Assembly: GCF_009914755.1 (NCBI RefSeq)
Contig: NC_060927.1
Origin: the human T2T-CHM13v2.0 reference genome, Homo sapiens
Strand: one strand, 5' to 3'
Length of the DNA stretch: 64,000 nucleotides
Positions 63,691 through 64,000 of this stretch are shown in pieces; positions within the stretch are counted from its first letter, which is position 1, and each line of letters opens with the position of its first letter. Made by a program: the position numbers and the translations under genes. Under the pieces are notes generated by a model. It saw nothing but the letters and a program-made list of their open reading frames with translations. It ran no database searches and was not told where the DNA came from.

Positions 63691-64000
63691 TCAAACTTTC
63701 TCTTCATTCACTGGGCAAAAAAATTACAAAATTTCTTGTGAGATGCTTAAATCACAAATAAACTACTCATTTTTCAACAGTCAAAGAACAGAAACTTTAT
63801 ATAGGGTTCGTTTTCTTCGTCCATCAGTTTTCAAATTAAAGACAAATTATGTTATTTAAAAAAAAACAGAGGCTTATTCTGTATGTAGCAATCACTGAAA
63901 AAAGGCTAATTTATCTTTTAGAATGCATCCTAACTAAAGCTTTGGATCAGTTTTGGCAACTAAGTCAAGGAAAAATCCAAGGTCAGTCTTTTTTTCATTG

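Overview
This is primate genomic DNA, almost certainly human, from the STIMATE (TMEM110)-SFMBT1 locus at 3p21.1. I recognised the locus from the translated exons. Both genes lie on the minus strand, head-to-tail. The right part (52.0-63.1 kb) holds the last eight coding exons of the Polycomb-group gene SFMBT1: SLED/DUF3588 region, basic segment, acidic segment, SAM domain and stop. All have GT-AG junctions whose phases join into one frame, and a long, Alu-free candidate 3'UTR follows (about 46.6-52.0 kb). A CpG-island promoter at about 44.2-44.8 kb drives STIMATE. Its exon 1 CDS (44294-44453) splices across a 41,857-bp intron to a 49-nt exon 2 (2388-2436). The rest is interspersed repeat: 20 Alus, a full-length two-LTR THE1 element with intact TSD, other LTRs, L1/L2/MIR remnants, and MER58, MER20, MER5 and Tigger2 DNA transposons. 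Almost all ORFs in the supplied track are repeat-derived or GC-rich shadow ORFs. I found no evidence for a new multi-gene system. The best leads are small-scale: a weak-acceptor, in-frame SAM-domain exon; a TSD-flanked 48-bp micro-retroinsertion at a branch-point region; a near-perfect 120-bp tandem duplication upstream of STIMATE; a distal SFMBT1 poly(A) site about 2 kb from the STIMATE promoter; inverted Alus around SLED exons; and a 33-bp direct repeat flanking STIMATE exon 2. Repeat subfamily names and boundaries were assigned by eye and are approximate.
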